DNA of 63,827 nucleotides, filler included, from Dirinaria sp. TL-2023a (lineage: Eukaryota), in the NCBI GenBank assembly GCA_051941275.1. It is 7 parts of 7 records of this genome, joined end to end, with 100 filler letters (N's around TTAATTAATTAA, not from the genome) between each part and the next. Parts side by side here need not be neighbours in the genome. Positions count along the whole stretch, not along the records: positions 54,817 to 63,827 come from JAVEBF010001105.1; 6 more parts are not named here. The stretch is one strand, 5' to 3'. Shown here one piece after another: positions 62,842-63,827 of the stretch (the first letter of the stretch is position 1; every line of letters starts with the position of its first letter). The notes beneath the pieces are model-generated. The model did not search any database. It saw only the letters and a list, made by a program, of their open reading frames with translations, and had not been told where the DNA came from. Both the position numbers and the translations under genes were made by a program.

Positions 62842-63827
62842 ATGGATCATGTCTCGTCATCTGGCGAAGTAGCCGTAAAGATCTACAACTGTGACTCCTG
62901 GTACTATCATGACATCAAGCACCTCCCAGAGCCTACACGGCAGTTATTCGAAGAGTACAGCGGGATCCCTTCCGAGCAGGTGCTCGACCACATCCAGCAC
63001 ATGGTACGTATTTCCCCTCAAAGTTTTTTCTAACTTTTTTACTTTTCGCTTTTCACTTTATTCTTTTTCTTAATTTTTGGTCCACTGCGTGCAGTCTCTG
63101 TCCCTCTCTTCAGAAGCAAAAGTCGCCCGCGAAGATATGAAACTTGTCTCTGACATTCGTTCCAGAGATCTCGTGCCTTCGCGATATACCCGTACCCGTG
63201 CATTGGACAGCTACGGTTCCTGAATTTGAGCTTGAGCAACCACCCTCTCTACCCCGAAGTCATCTCGCGTCTTCGTCATCAGCACTTGACTGGGGAGCTT
63301 CAGAGCCTCAGTATCGATGGCCAGTATAGTGGTATATCTTACCAGCACCAGATACCACAGACTTTCCTCGACTTGGGTTGCTGTCTTGCGCAGGACTTGC
63401 GCAAACTCGTCTACGATGGAGCATCGCCCCACAACTTGTATGGATTGGATGTTGAAAGGAAGTTCATTGAGCTCAGTTATGAGCTGTTTCGGGATGCCGA
63501 TACGCTCAAGAGCCAGTTCGTGATCGACGATATGCTTCGCACAGACGCGGAGGAAGTCGACCTCCAGGTGCCACAAAATGCTAAACACAACGAGTCCGTA
63601 TCTCCGCCCAACGTAGTGCCTTTAGCTTCATTAGAGGGCAGAGTATCGATCATCGCCGCCAATTCTTTTCTCCATCTCTATGATTACTCGGATCAACTCA
63701 AGCTTGCCAAGCGAATCGAACGGCTCTTGTCTCCAGAACGTGGGTCTCTCATCCTTGGCCGCCAGATTGGTAGCAGTGTGCCTGGGGAATATAATGCTGT
63801 GGACAATAATGGAACACGCTTTTCGCA
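62842..63827 (+). CDS. SAM-dependent methyltransferase (AusD/Trt5-like family). Intron 63004-63165; runs off the window end.
   Basis: RQLFEEYSGIPSEQVLDHI|RSRAFAIYPYPCIGQLRFL..HPLYPEVISRL..FLDLGCCLAQDLRKLVYDGA..NLYGLD..ANSFLHLYDY..GSLILGRQIG. Confidence 0.88.

Noticed and set aside
35175..63827. Secondary-metabolite cluster linking the two methyltransferases and the PTH11-like gene
   Set aside because: The methyltransferases are on different contigs and no backbone PKS, NRPS or terpene synthase is present.

Overview
This is eukaryotic DNA from a filamentous ascomycete (Pezizomycotina, judged from GT-AG introns with CTAAC/CTGAC branch points and the gene families; a lichen-forming lineage is only a guess). 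It is not one locus. Seven unlinked contigs of steadily decreasing length (9049, 9043, 9032, 9032, 9031, 9029, 9011 nt) are joined by identical 100-nt N44-TTAATTAATTAA-N44 spacers, so gene order across a spacer means nothing. Recognisable spliced genes are stuA, a sulfotransferase-like P-loop protein, an AAA ATPase, PRKRIP1/DUF1168, a UBE2O-like E2, DUF6601, a PPPDE/LRAT-like peptidase, TCTP, SUR2, a Cys-rich single-pass membrane protein, two methyltransferases, mitochondrial SHMT, DUG2, ALB1 and a 66-aa Cys-rich microprotein. Several pseudogenes are also present. The most interesting signals are: (1) a hypermutated tract that has lost almost all CC/GG dinucleotides but keeps CpG and CpA, suggesting a non-canonical RIP-like process; (2) a microprotein with an internal ubiquitin-type LRGG motif before a Cys-rich tail; (3) a long AUG-less in-frame N-terminal extension of StuA; (4) a lone in-frame UAG in an otherwise intact gene; (5) a long hairpin plus minisatellite ahead of orphan genes. 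Exon boundaries were placed by eye and no database searches were run.
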